A DNA stretch of 64,000 nt, taken from the NCBI GenBank assembly GCA_021800165.1, contig JAJYZF010000010.1, positions 2,194-66,193 on the forward strand, written 5' to 3'. A program made the position numbers and the translations under genes. The stretch comes from Planctomycetota bacterium (GTDB lineage Bacteria; Planctomycetota; Phycisphaerae; WQYP01). Positions 47,735 through 57,551 of the stretch are shown here, in pieces. Numbering within the stretch: the first letter of the stretch is position 1; each line of letters begins with the position of its first letter. The notes below the pieces were generated by a model. That model was given only the letters and a program-made list of their open reading frames with translations. It was not told the origin of the DNA and did no database searches.

Positions 47735-50551
47735 ATGACGCGGACGGGCCAGCGCCGGGCGGGCTGCGGAATAATTTCTGATTGCCCGTGCCGAAATAGG
47801 TTACCGGCGTGTATACCCCGGATGACGCATAAGCACAAAGGGTTACGTTTGGCAACCGAATCAATCATTGGAAGGGTTTTCCGAATGGTTAACACTTTAG
47901 GGCCCAGATCGGATTGCACCTCAATCCTGACGGCAGGCTCAGCGCGATGGTTCGGACGACGGTGCGAATTGGGCACATCTCGGCGATTGGGGGCGGCTTT
48001 CCGGCAGACTGGCTTTCGGCTCAACTTTCGCTGGGGGTTGTCTGTGGCGACGCTGGTGCTGGCGGCGTCAGGGCTGGTGAGCTGCGCCAAACGCCCGGTA
48101 CCAAGCCCGCCGATAGCCGCCATCAGTGCTCCGCCTCGTCTGGTGCGGACTTTATTTTCTTATCAGCCAACGGCAAGGCCAGCTTCCGGCCAGGTGAAGG
48201 CGGTCAGCTTGGCCGGCGATTTTAATTCGTGGTCTGTCAGTGCCAATCCGATGACGCGCCGGGGAAATCGGTGGGTGGCCTCCATCCGGCTATCACCGGG
48301 CTACCACCAATACAAGTTTGTCATCAATCACCGCCGATGGATGAATGATCCGTATGCGGTCAGGCGCGTCTCCAACGGCATGGGCGGTTTTAACTCGCAA
48401 GTCGCTGTGGTTTCGCCTTGGCTTAAGTTGCCGCCACCCTCGGCCAACAGCATTAATCCCCGGGCCATTTCCTTCCGCCCCACCAATACCCGCCAGTTTG
48501 ATGTGTTATCCCGTCACGATGTGCGTATAGAGTTGCTGGCGCAGACCGGCGGCTTAAGCCACGTGCGGGTTATGATGCCGGGTTCGCATCCGGCCTCCAT
48601 AGGTTTACACGTGGTGGGAAGCCGTGACGGTGCCACCACCTGGGCCAATGTCATTGCGGTTCGCGGCCGCCGGCTGCGCTATTATTTTGAACTGATACAC
48701 AAAACCTACCATGTCTTTGTGGCTGGCGGATACCTGTATGCCGCGGCCCAGGCGGCCAGCGATAACGCTTATGAATCGCCCATGCGGGCCAATGTGGTGA
48801 CGCCCCAGTGGGCCAAAAAAGCGGTTTGGTACGAAATTTTTCCGGAGCGCTTCCGCAACGGCAGCAAGGCCAACGATCCCGGCCATCATATTCCGTGGCG
48901 GTGGGATTGGACCAAGCCGTACCGTCCGGCCGGCGAAAAAGGCAATTTTTACAGCTATGTCTATAAGCGTTTTTATGGGGGAGATATTCAGGGTATCCAG
49001 CAGGAACTGGGGTACCTGCGGCGTTTGGGCGTCAACGCCCTGTACCTGACACCGGTCTTCGCGGCTCCAAGCATACACAAGTATGATCCGTCGAGCTTCA
49101 TTCATATTGATGATGGATTTGGTATAAAAGGATCGCTGGCTAAAATCAAAGGCGAGCACGTACGTCACCCCGCCACATGGCAATGGTCCGCCTCGGACAA
49201 GGTTTTTCTCTCCATGCTTGCCGCCGCCCACCGGCAGGGGTTTAAGGTGATTATTGATGTGCCTTTCGGCCATTGCGGAGTGGATTTTCCACCCTTTCAA
49301 AATGTACTCAAGTACGGCCGAAAATCGCCCTACGCCAAGTGGTTTCAAATTACCAGTTGGGGACCGCCGGTACAATACCAAGGGTGGGATAAGCCCAACG
49401 GGGCCATGCCGTTGTTTGCCCGAAGCAAACACTACGGCCTGGAGCGCCAGGTGCGCGACTACCTGTTTGCCGCCACCCGTCGCTGGCTGGCTCCCAACGG
49501 CAAGGTGGCCGATGGTGTGGATGGCTTCCGATTGGATACCGCCACGGATGTGCCGCATCGTTTCTGGATTGCCTGGCGGCGATTGGTGAAGAGCATTAAT
49601 CCGCAGGCCCTGATTGTCGGGGAAATCTGGACGCCGGCCCAGGCGTGGCTGAACCGGGGGAACCAGTTTGATGCGGTGATGAATTACCCCTTTGCCCAGG
49701 CCACCACCAAATATTTTGTCGACACTTTGCGCGATGGTGGTCGAGGCCTTTCCAGCGGGCAGTTTGCCGCACGGCTGGAACAAATTCTCGGTTATTACCC
49801 CTACCAGGTGGATCTGGTGAATCAAAACCTGCTTGATAGCCAGGATACGGATCGGTTTGTTTCAAGATTCATGAATCCTAATCTGCCCTTTAACGGTGCC
49901 GACCGGCTGCAAGACAGCAACCCTCATTATAATACGGCTAAACCGACGGCGGAGGCGTATGAGAGGCTCAAAGGCGTGGTGGCTTTTCAGATGGCGTTTG
50001 CCGGAGCGCCCATGATCTGGTACGGCGACGAGGTGGGGATGTGGGGGGCCAGCGACCCGGCCAATCGGCAGCCCATGCTTTGGAAGGATCTGCAGCCTTA
50101 TGATAATCCGGCTTTAACGGTGAACACGTCGCTGCTCCACTTTTACCGCCGGGCCATAGCGGCGCGACGGCAGTTGCCGGCTTTGCAGATAGGCTCATGG
50201 GGCCGACTCCAGATCGTGGGGGCCTCAAGGGTATTTGCGTATTACCGTTCGTTGGGCCATGAACATGTTTATGTGGTGGTCAATCGCAGCAGCCGTGCCG
50301 TGCGTATCCGGATGCCGGTCTTGGCCTTCGATCGCGGCCACCATCTCCTGGACTACCTTTCATCGCGGGACTGCAAACTGGTTTTCCCGCCGGTGCCCAG
50401 CACAAACGGCAGGCCGGTCTTAACCCGTATTCGTCGTGGAATTCTCGCCCGTGCCGGGAAAAAAACACTTAAGCTCACCTTGGGACCGTGGCAGGCCAGG
50501 TTGCTGGCCCGTTATCGCCGGGGCCATTTCGGGGCCGGCTTTTCCCGCTAG
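47735..50551 (+). CDS. GH13 neopullulanase/cyclomaltodextrinase-like enzyme with N-terminal CBM48, probable lipoprotein
   Basis: LAGDFNSW/YKFVIN CBM48; YEIFPERFRNG, GGDIQG, DGFRLD, GEIW, YGDEVG; lipobox LVSC; true start probably downstream of 47735. Confidence 0.88.
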   Translation: MTRTGQRRAGCGIISDCPCRNRLPACIPRMTHKHKGLRLATESIIGRVFRMVNTLGPRSDCTSILTAGSARWFGRRCELGTSRRLGAAFRQTGFRLNFRWGLSVATLVLAASGLVSCAKRPVPSPPIAAISAPPRLVRTLFSYQPTARPASGQVKAVSLAGDFNSWSVSANPMTRRGNRWVASIRLSPGYHQYKFVINHRRWMNDPYAVRRVSNGMGGFNSQVAVVSPWLKLPPPSANSINPRAISFRPTNTRQFDVLSRHDVRIELLAQTGGLSHVRVMMPGSHPASIGLHVVGSRDGATTWANVIAVRGRRLRYYFELIHKTYHVFVAGGYLYAAAQAASDNAYESPMRANVVTPQWAKKAVWYEIFPERFRNGSKANDPGHHIPWRWDWTKPYRPAGEKGNFYSYVYKRFYGGDIQGIQQELGYLRRLGVNALYLTPVFAAPSIHKYDPSSFIHIDDGFGIKGSLAKIKGEHVRHPATWQWSASDKVFLSMLAAAHRQGFKVIIDVPFGHCGVDFPPFQNVLKYGRKSPYAKWFQITSWGPPVQYQGWDKPNGAMPLFARSKHYGLERQVRDYLFAATRRWLAPNGKVADGVDGFRLDTATDVPHRFWIAWRRLVKSINPQALIVGEIWTPAQAWLNRGNQFDAVMNYPFAQATTKYFVDTLRDGGRGLSSGQFAARLEQILGYYPYQVDLVNQNLLDSQDTDRFVSRFMNPNLPFNGADRLQDSNPHYNTAKPTAEAYERLKGVVAFQMAFAGAPMIWYGDEVGMWGASDPANRQPMLWKDLQPYDNPALTVNTSLLHFYRRAIAARRQLPALQIGSWGRLQIVGASRVFAYYRSLGHEHVYVVVNRSSRAVRIRMPVLAFDRGHHLLDYLSSRDCKLVFPPVPSTNGRPVLTRIRRGILARAGKKTLKLTLGPWQARLLARYRRGHFGAGFSR

Positions 50552-50583
50552 GGATTTGTGGTTGCGTTGCAGGAGACCGGATC

Positions 50584-53502
50584 ATGCTGGATCGAAGAGA
50601 ATTTATGCTTAGAGGCACCGCGGTTGCGGGTGCGGTATTGGCCGCCGGAGGACCAGACGCGGCCACTGCGGAGGCGGTTGGCATCGACAGGGCATGGATC
50701 GCTGAGCGCGTGGTGGTGGGGCATTGGGGGGAAAATGTTTTAAAGATGACGGTTCTCTCTCCGCATATCGTGAGGCTGGATCTGCTGTACCGGGGCCGGC
50801 ACGATCCGGCCACACCGCTGCTGAATCCGCAGGCGCGCTTCCGGGGCGATGCCCGGGCCAACCTTCATGTGGACGCAAAGCGGCTGGAGATCAAGACGAC
50901 GGCGCTGGCGTTGGACATTGCCCGGACCACGGTCGGCCTGACGTTGCGCGACGGCACCGGCAGAGAACTGCTGCGTCCCGGCGACGGGCCAAGCCTATAC
51001 GTGTATCCCAAGGCCACGGGGCGGACGGGCTTTGCATTCCGGTGCAACCAGGGTGTCGGATTCTATGGCATCAGTTGTATTGCCATGCCCGGATGGGGCG
51101 GCAAAAAATACTCCATGGGATCCTCGATGTTACGCAATGGTTCCGGCATGCCGGATGGTACCTACCAGGTGGATGCCGGCGTCGAAGGGGGCGGCGGAGC
51201 ACCGTTCATCTGGACCACCGATGGTTATGGTCTGCTGGTGGACAGCGACGGCGGATTTTTCATGATGGGCCGGGACCGAGTCGCCTTCAATTACGGCAAT
51301 GAGCCGCTCAACGATTATGGCTGCCGCTATCCCAGACCCAACAGCCTCACCTTGTTTGTGCTGGTGGGACAGCCACGCGATATTTTCCGCGGGGTGGCCG
51401 AAATTACCGGCTACATGCCCATGTTTCCGCGCTGGGCGTACGGCTTCACCAATTCCCAGTGGGGCACGGATCAACAGGTGTTGCGGCATTATCTGGAAAC
51501 CTATCGGGCCAAGGATATTCCCATTGATAATTTCACGCTCGATTTTGACTGGAAAGACTGGGGGGCCAATCATTACGGCGAATTTCGGTGGAACCCCGTG
51601 AAATACAGTCAGGCCCTGCTGCCGGTGGACAATCCGCAGAGCCTGCTTGCCTGGACGTCGCGACTCCATTGCAAGCTCACCGGAATTATGAAACCCCGCA
51701 TCATTTTGAGCACCACCCAAGGGCAACTGCGGCCTTTGACCACGCAGGGGGCCGATTCACGCAAGCTGGGCATTTGGTTTCCGGGTGAGAAACCTTTTAA
51801 GGATTATTTTTCCCATCTGTATTCCATTGACGTTAATTTCTATCAGGAGGTGTGCCGCCGCTGGTATTGGAATGCCACGTGGTCTCATGGCTGCATGCAA
51901 CGCGGCCTGGTAGGGTTCTGGAATGATGAGGCCGATTATGGCAACCTGGGGAATTTTGAGTTTTTGCACATGCAGCAGGCTCTCTACGAGGGGCAGCGGC
52001 GCGATCGACCGAATCAGCGGGTGTGGTCGTTGAACCGCAATTTTTACCTGGGTTCGCAGCGTTATGGCTACGCGACCTGGTCGGGGGATATTCCGACCGG
52101 TTTTGACTCAATGGCCCTGCAAACGCTTCGTATGCTGACCATGATGAACCTTGGGCAGATGCGATGGGGGATGGATTCCGGCGGATTTTCCGGACATCCT
52201 TCCGATCAGAATTACGCACGCTGGATCCAGTTCAGCGCCCTGTGCCCGATTTTCCGGGTGCATTGCACGCTGGGCGAGCGTCGCCAGCCGTGGGTTTATG
52301 GCACGCAGGCCTGCGAAACCGCCAAACAGGCTATGCGGTTGCGCTACGCCCTGTTTCCCTATACGTATGCCGCTGATCATGCCGCATGTACGGAAAGTGG
52401 GATCGGGCTGGTGCGTCCGCTGATTTTTGATTATCCCCACGATCCGCAAGTGGCCGATCTAAGCGACCAGTGGATGTTCGGGGATTATCTCTTGGCGGCC
52501 CCGGTGCTGGCTCCGCTGGAACAAAGCGCCACCCGGCGCGTGTACCTGCCCGGCGGAAATGACTGGCTCGATTACTTTCGCGGTACGCGCTACCGCGGTG
52601 GTCAGTGGCTCGATTATGCGCTCAACACGGATTCCTGGATGGATATTCCGCTGTTCATCAAAGAGGGGGCGATTATTGCGACCTTTGAGCCGGTGCCGGC
52701 GCTGCATACCGCCCGGCCCGGCATGGCTTACATTGATATTTTCCCCTCCGCCCATGCTACCCAGGGGGTTTTTTATGAGGATGACGGCGATACGTTCGAC
52801 TATCAGCGGGGGCGATTTCATAAGCAAGTGATCACCGCCGAGCGCCAGGCACGCCACACCCATGTTGCGATTTCGGCGCAGCAGGGAACCTATGCTTCCA
52901 GCGTGCGGGAATTTGTTTTGCGTCTGCATGGTCAGGCGGCCACAGCGGTGCATGTCACCGGCCCGGGCGGTCCCGCGGCGGTGGTGCAAACATCGCGGGA
53001 TGTTTTTGGAGCTTTCACCACCGTGCGTGTGCCGACAGGCGTTGCCTTGACCGTCGATTTTCATGGCCAAGAGCCTGCGCTGCCGCAGGTGGAAACCCTT
53101 GCTTTGGCTCAGGCGTCGCTGATAGGGCCTTCGCCGGAGCGGCGTGCGCTGCTGGTGCACGGCGCGGCGGGTCAGGTTGGTGGTTATATTACGCGTCTGG
53201 ATGTTGCGCAAGCCGGGGCCGGCTTTTACCTGCAGCGCCGCCGCAGGGGCCATTACGCGGTGAAGATTCGTGCCGCCAACGCCCAGGCGCATCAGGCTGG
53301 CACGCTCAACGTTTATGTCAATGGCCGGCAGGTGGCCGTACTGAAGGTTGCCGCGGCGTCGGAGCCGGATGTGTGGCAGGAAATCACGCTGCAATTGCCG
53401 CTGGCTGCGGGCAATAACACCATCCTGCTGCGCCACGATACGGACAATGCTGGATCGTTGCACCTTTCCGCCATTGCGGTTCCCTTCGAGCCCAACGCGT
53501 AG
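50584..53502 (+). CDS. Tat-exported GH31 alpha-glucosidase-like protein with C-terminal CBM35/CBM6-like domain
   Basis: DRREFM Tat motif; DFDW, FWNDE, TWSGD, DSGGF, FRVH, YEDDG. Confidence 0.88.
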   Translation: MLDRREFMLRGTAVAGAVLAAGGPDAATAEAVGIDRAWIAERVVVGHWGENVLKMTVLSPHIVRLDLLYRGRHDPATPLLNPQARFRGDARANLHVDAKRLEIKTTALALDIARTTVGLTLRDGTGRELLRPGDGPSLYVYPKATGRTGFAFRCNQGVGFYGISCIAMPGWGGKKYSMGSSMLRNGSGMPDGTYQVDAGVEGGGGAPFIWTTDGYGLLVDSDGGFFMMGRDRVAFNYGNEPLNDYGCRYPRPNSLTLFVLVGQPRDIFRGVAEITGYMPMFPRWAYGFTNSQWGTDQQVLRHYLETYRAKDIPIDNFTLDFDWKDWGANHYGEFRWNPVKYSQALLPVDNPQSLLAWTSRLHCKLTGIMKPRIILSTTQGQLRPLTTQGADSRKLGIWFPGEKPFKDYFSHLYSIDVNFYQEVCRRWYWNATWSHGCMQRGLVGFWNDEADYGNLGNFEFLHMQQALYEGQRRDRPNQRVWSLNRNFYLGSQRYGYATWSGDIPTGFDSMALQTLRMLTMMNLGQMRWGMDSGGFSGHPSDQNYARWIQFSALCPIFRVHCTLGERRQPWVYGTQACETAKQAMRLRYALFPYTYAADHAACTESGIGLVRPLIFDYPHDPQVADLSDQWMFGDYLLAAPVLAPLEQSATRRVYLPGGNDWLDYFRGTRYRGGQWLDYALNTDSWMDIPLFIKEGAIIATFEPVPALHTARPGMAYIDIFPSAHATQGVFYEDDGDTFDYQRGRFHKQVITAERQARHTHVAISAQQGTYASSVREFVLRLHGQAATAVHVTGPGGPAAVVQTSRDVFGAFTTVRVPTGVALTVDFHGQEPALPQVETLALAQASLIGPSPERRALLVHGAAGQVGGYITRLDVAQAGAGFYLQRRRRGHYAVKIRAANAQAHQAGTLNVYVNGRQVAVLKVAAASEPDVWQEITLQLPLAAGNNTILLRHDTDNAGSLHLSAIAVPFEPNA

Positions 53503-53728
53503 CTTCCGGGCGTACCCCACCATGGCTGCGGCTGCGAGACGCGAACACGCCAACGCCGTGTGGGAGACGAGCTTGGGGGAGGCCGCACGGGGGAGAAAAT
53601 CTTGACGTGTTGCAAAAAGAGCAGCGGATTGTGCCGCAGGAGCCTCAAGACATACGATCATCCGTGGGTGTGACGAGATCGGCACTCCGGTCCTCCCTTT
53701 GAGAACCGGTTTCGGCTATAGTTGAAGC

Positions 53729-55234
53729 ATGAGCGTTGCAGGCACTGCTATTTCTTCGCCTCTCCTGGAACAAACCTTTCGGCGCACCTGGCCAGAGGTG
53801 GTAGTTCCCCAAGCTCCTCTGGTGACGCACAGTTCTCCCGGACGCATTGACTTGCTGGGCGGCCTGGCGGCGGAGGTGGGGGGGATGGTCGCCCAGATGG
53901 CGTTATCACGGCGGGCGTCGGTGGCGGTGCAATGGCGCACCGATGGCCGACTGGCCATCTATTCGGCCCGCCTTACCCCCGCCAGCGGACCCAGTCCAAT
54001 TATTCTCAATGCCGACCAATTTGCCGCGGCACCGGGTACGCCGGTGCGCTCGCCGCGGGAACTATTGGATTTATTGCCCCGTCCCGCACCCCATCCGGAC
54101 GCACCTGGATCCCAGCCTTGGGCAGCACCGCTGGTGGCGTTGTTCGAGTTGGTTTTAAGCCATCCTCAACTCGCCACCGCCAGTCCGCTGCGTGACCGCC
54201 GCACCGGGCGATTCTCGGGGGCCACGGTCTTCATTCACTCGGATATTCCCATGCATGCCGGACAGGCCAGTTCCACGGCGGTGATCACGGCTTTAACGCA
54301 GGCCATTTGTCGTTGTTTGCCGGTGGCCATCAGCACCGTCGAAAAGGCCGTCCTCATTCAACAGGCGCAGAACATGTTTGGCGGCACGGGCAGCCATGTG
54401 GTGGACGCTTTAACGACATTGTGTGCGCTGGAGGGTCCGCCAGCGCACATCCTGCGTTACAATGCGCAGCCACACGACTTGGTCGGCCAGATTCCCCTGC
54501 CGCCGGATCTGAAGATTTTAGCCCTTAACACGGGGGTACCCGCCATGAAAGGCGGGCAGACGGTGCGTTCACTTCGGCTCGCGGGGGCGATGGGCCTGCA
54601 GATTATTCAGGTGATTTACAGCGATCTGGGGAGGCAAGAAGCGCCCTTGCACGGATATCTGGGTAATTTATCGCCGAGTTTATACCGCCGTTATTTTCGC
54701 GCCTTGCTGCCGCGGCGTCTGCGGGGGCGCGATTTTGTGCGATCGTACGGCCCCCTGCCGCCAAGTGCCGGTGAAATTCACCCCGACCAGTTCTACCGGG
54801 TGCGCACGGCCATCGACCACCTGATTTCGGAACACGAACATGCGGAGCACTTTTTGCATGAAATGGAACAGCCGGTGGAACCCGCCGTCGGTCCTCGGCG
54901 GTCACAAACGTATCGCGATTTAACCTTGCGCCGGGCCGGGCGGCTGCTGCTGGCTTCGCATCATAGTTATCGTCTGCGGCTGGGACTTTCCTGCTGGCAG
55001 GCGGATTGGCTTATTGATCGCCTGATGAGCTTTGGGCCGGAGCACGGCATCTTCGGCGCACGCATCGGCGAATGTGGCGGCGGCGGCACGGTAACCGTGC
55101 TGACCGATTGCTCCCCTGCCGCCACCGAAGCCATACTCGCAATCATACCTGCCTACCGCACCACAGTCGGCGGCACGCTGCATGTGGATGTGGCGGGCGG
55201 ACCGGGCAGCGCCGGAGCACTGCTGGTTCGATGA
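53729..55234 (+). CDS. GHMP (galacto/arabino-kinase-like) protein with degenerate motifs
   Basis: PGRIDLLGG, IPMHAGQASSTA, GARIGECGGGGTV. Confidence 0.7.
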   Translation: MSVAGTAISSPLLEQTFRRTWPEVVVPQAPLVTHSSPGRIDLLGGLAAEVGGMVAQMALSRRASVAVQWRTDGRLAIYSARLTPASGPSPIILNADQFAAAPGTPVRSPRELLDLLPRPAPHPDAPGSQPWAAPLVALFELVLSHPQLATASPLRDRRTGRFSGATVFIHSDIPMHAGQASSTAVITALTQAICRCLPVAISTVEKAVLIQQAQNMFGGTGSHVVDALTTLCALEGPPAHILRYNAQPHDLVGQIPLPPDLKILALNTGVPAMKGGQTVRSLRLAGAMGLQIIQVIYSDLGRQEAPLHGYLGNLSPSLYRRYFRALLPRRLRGRDFVRSYGPLPPSAGEIHPDQFYRVRTAIDHLISEHEHAEHFLHEMEQPVEPAVGPRRSQTYRDLTLRRAGRLLLASHHSYRLRLGLSCWQADWLIDRLMSFGPEHGIFGARIGECGGGGTVTVLTDCSPAATEAILAIIPAYRTTVGGTLHVDVAGGPGSAGALLVR

Positions 55235-56283
55235 TGGGTACGCATGGAAATAGTCGCCAGCGCAGTCAAGATTATGTGCGCGAGCTGGTACTTACGTATG
55301 GCTACCACGCCAACGCCTATCAAGTCCTCAATCCCGGCATGCGTCACTGGTTTTCCAGCCATGATCCGGCCGTTGTAGGCTACGTTAAACGCGGTTGCTG
55401 GTGGGTGGCGGCGGGAGCGCCGATTTGCGATCCGGCGAATCTGCTGCAGGTCGCACTGGAATTTCAGGCTGCTGCCCAGCGCCACCGTTGCCGGGTATGT
55501 TATTGCTTTGCCGAGCAGCCGCTGGTGGATTGCTTAGAACCTTTGGGGCACAAGGTTATCGCTCTGGGTGCCCAGCCGGTATGGATTCCGGACCACTGGC
55601 CGCATCTGCTGCAAAGTCACCGATCGCTGCGGCAGCAGATCAGACGGGCCCAGAATAAGGGAGTTTACATTCAAACGTTTACGCCGGCGCAGGCGATGGC
55701 GGATATGCGATTTCAGGACTCTCTGCGTCTGTGGCTCCAGCATAAACCCCTGGCACCGATGGGTTTTCTGGCGGAACCACGGGCACTGGAAGCGGGTTAT
55801 CCGGATCGGTTGATTTGGGGAGCCATGCAGCGCCAGGGGGATGAGGGGGAAAAACTCCTGGCCTTTTTGCTCTCCTCACCGGTACCGCGCCGGAGTGGAT
55901 TTTTAGTGGAACAGATCATTCGCCATCCCGCGGCCCCCAATGGCGCAGTGGAAATGCTCATTGACGCGTGCATGAGAGAACTACACCGGCGCGGGTCCGA
56001 GTACCTGACGCACGGCCCGGTGGCCTTAAGTCGCTACGCACCCTGGGCCATGGCCTCCAATCCATGGTGGATGCGCGGTTTGATGCAGTTGACCCGCCGA
56101 CATCTGGGACGCTGGTATGGCTTTCAGACGCTGGAATCTTTTCGCGTTCGTCTTAGGCCAAACCGCTGGGAACCCGTGTACGCTATTGTGCATGGCCGCC
56201 GCTTTATTCCCGCCGCGTTCTACGCGATGGCCGGGGCGTTTTTTCGGCCGCATCGGGTGGCCGATGCCGGCGACACCGATTGA
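55231..56283 (+). CDS. DUF2156 / MprF C-terminal aminoacyltransferase-like domain protein
   Basis: AGAPIC, LRQQIRRAQNKG, RHPAAPNGAVE, WYGFQTLESFR..LRPNRWEPVY. Confidence 0.8.
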   Translation: MMGTHGNSRQRSQDYVRELVLTYGYHANAYQVLNPGMRHWFSSHDPAVVGYVKRGCWWVAAGAPICDPANLLQVALEFQAAAQRHRCRVCYCFAEQPLVDCLEPLGHKVIALGAQPVWIPDHWPHLLQSHRSLRQQIRRAQNKGVYIQTFTPAQAMADMRFQDSLRLWLQHKPLAPMGFLAEPRALEAGYPDRLIWGAMQRQGDEGEKLLAFLLSSPVPRRSGFLVEQIIRHPAAPNGAVEMLIDACMRELHRRGSEYLTHGPVALSRYAPWAMASNPWWMRGLMQLTRRHLGRWYGFQTLESFRVRLRPNRWEPVYAIVHGRRFIPAAFYAMAGAFFRPHRVADAGDTD

Positions 56284-56334
56284 CGGCCAGGCGCGGATGC
56301 CGCCAGCAATGGTTATCATGGGGCGGCGAAAGGA

Positions 56335-57522
56335 GTGTCTTTCATGCCCATTGCCGATTCGGATTTGACCACCCTGCGCTGGCTCTGTGATATTCCAACT
56401 GCGCCCTATCACGAACATTTTGTGGTTGCGGCGCTGCGTCACTGGCATCAGAGCCATAGCCGCCATCGCCATATACGCTGGCGTTGCGATCCCGCGGGCA
56501 ACATCCACTTGGAATATCATCAAGGACGTGCGAACTCCCGCCTGCTGGTGCTGGAGGCCCACCTGGATCATCCGGCCTTTGTGGTCACGTCCAGGGGACG
56601 CCACGGCACAGTGCGGGCCATTTTTCGCGGCGGTGTCAAACCGGAGTTTTTCACCGGGGCCCGCGTTCTGCTGTGGAACGCACCGGCACCGCCGGCAACC
56701 CGGCCCGAACCCATCGGCGTACCGGCGCAGGTGCTGGCGGTGACACCCGCCACCAAATCACAGCCGTTGCGGGCCATATTGCGGGCTGACCGAACGGCTA
56801 TCCGCACCGGTGCCATCGGCACCTGGCACCTGCCTGATGCGGCAGTACACGATAACCTCTTCACCGCGCGGGCCTGCGATGATCTGGCCGGGGTGGCGGC
56901 TTGCTTATGCGTGCTCGACCGATTGATCCAGCGCCGGGCGGCAGCCCGTGTGCGGGTGCTATTGACGCGTGCCGAAGAGGTGGGGTTTGCGGGTGCGATC
57001 GCCGCTGCCCATCAGGGTTGGATTCCCAAGACCTGCGCGGTCATCGGCCTGGAAACCAGCCGCACGACGGCCCAGGCCAGGCTGGGCCACGGCCCGGTGA
57101 TTCGGGTGGGGGATCGCAGCAGTGTATTTGATGGTGCGTTGACCGGTTTTATGGCCACCATCGCCGCCCGCGTGGCTGCGGCTGTGCCGGAATTCAAATT
57201 CCAACGAGCATTGATGGATGGCGGCACCTGTGATACCACGGCCTTTGACGCTTTTGGCTATCAGGCCGGTGCCGTGTGTCTGGCTTTGGGTAACTATCAC
57301 AACATGGCCGATCTTCCGGCGGACCAAGGCTTGGCGGCTGTTACATCCGCAGGACCGACGATAGCGTCGGAAACGATTGACGTTCGCGATTTTGCCGGGG
57401 AAGTGGAATTGCTCACGGCGTTGTGCCGGGAGTTTTGGCGTTTCCAGCCGGGAACGGCCGCGTTGCGTAAAAAGTTATGCGCATTACACTACCACACGCA
57501 AAAAAAGTTATTATATTCATAA
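56335..57522 (+). CDS. M20/M28/M42-type metallopeptidase
   Basis: EAHLDH, ACDDLAG, TRAEEVG, GLETS, NYH. Confidence 0.8.
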   Translation: MSFMPIADSDLTTLRWLCDIPTAPYHEHFVVAALRHWHQSHSRHRHIRWRCDPAGNIHLEYHQGRANSRLLVLEAHLDHPAFVVTSRGRHGTVRAIFRGGVKPEFFTGARVLLWNAPAPPATRPEPIGVPAQVLAVTPATKSQPLRAILRADRTAIRTGAIGTWHLPDAAVHDNLFTARACDDLAGVAACLCVLDRLIQRRAAARVRVLLTRAEEVGFAGAIAAAHQGWIPKTCAVIGLETSRTTAQARLGHGPVIRVGDRSSVFDGALTGFMATIAARVAAAVPEFKFQRALMDGGTCDTTAFDAFGYQAGAVCLALGNYHNMADLPADQGLAAVTSAGPTIASETIDVRDFAGEVELLTALCREFWRFQPGTAALRKKLCALHYHTQKKLLYS

Positions 57523-57551
57523 AAATCAAGCTGTACCAGAAAGGGTTTGCC

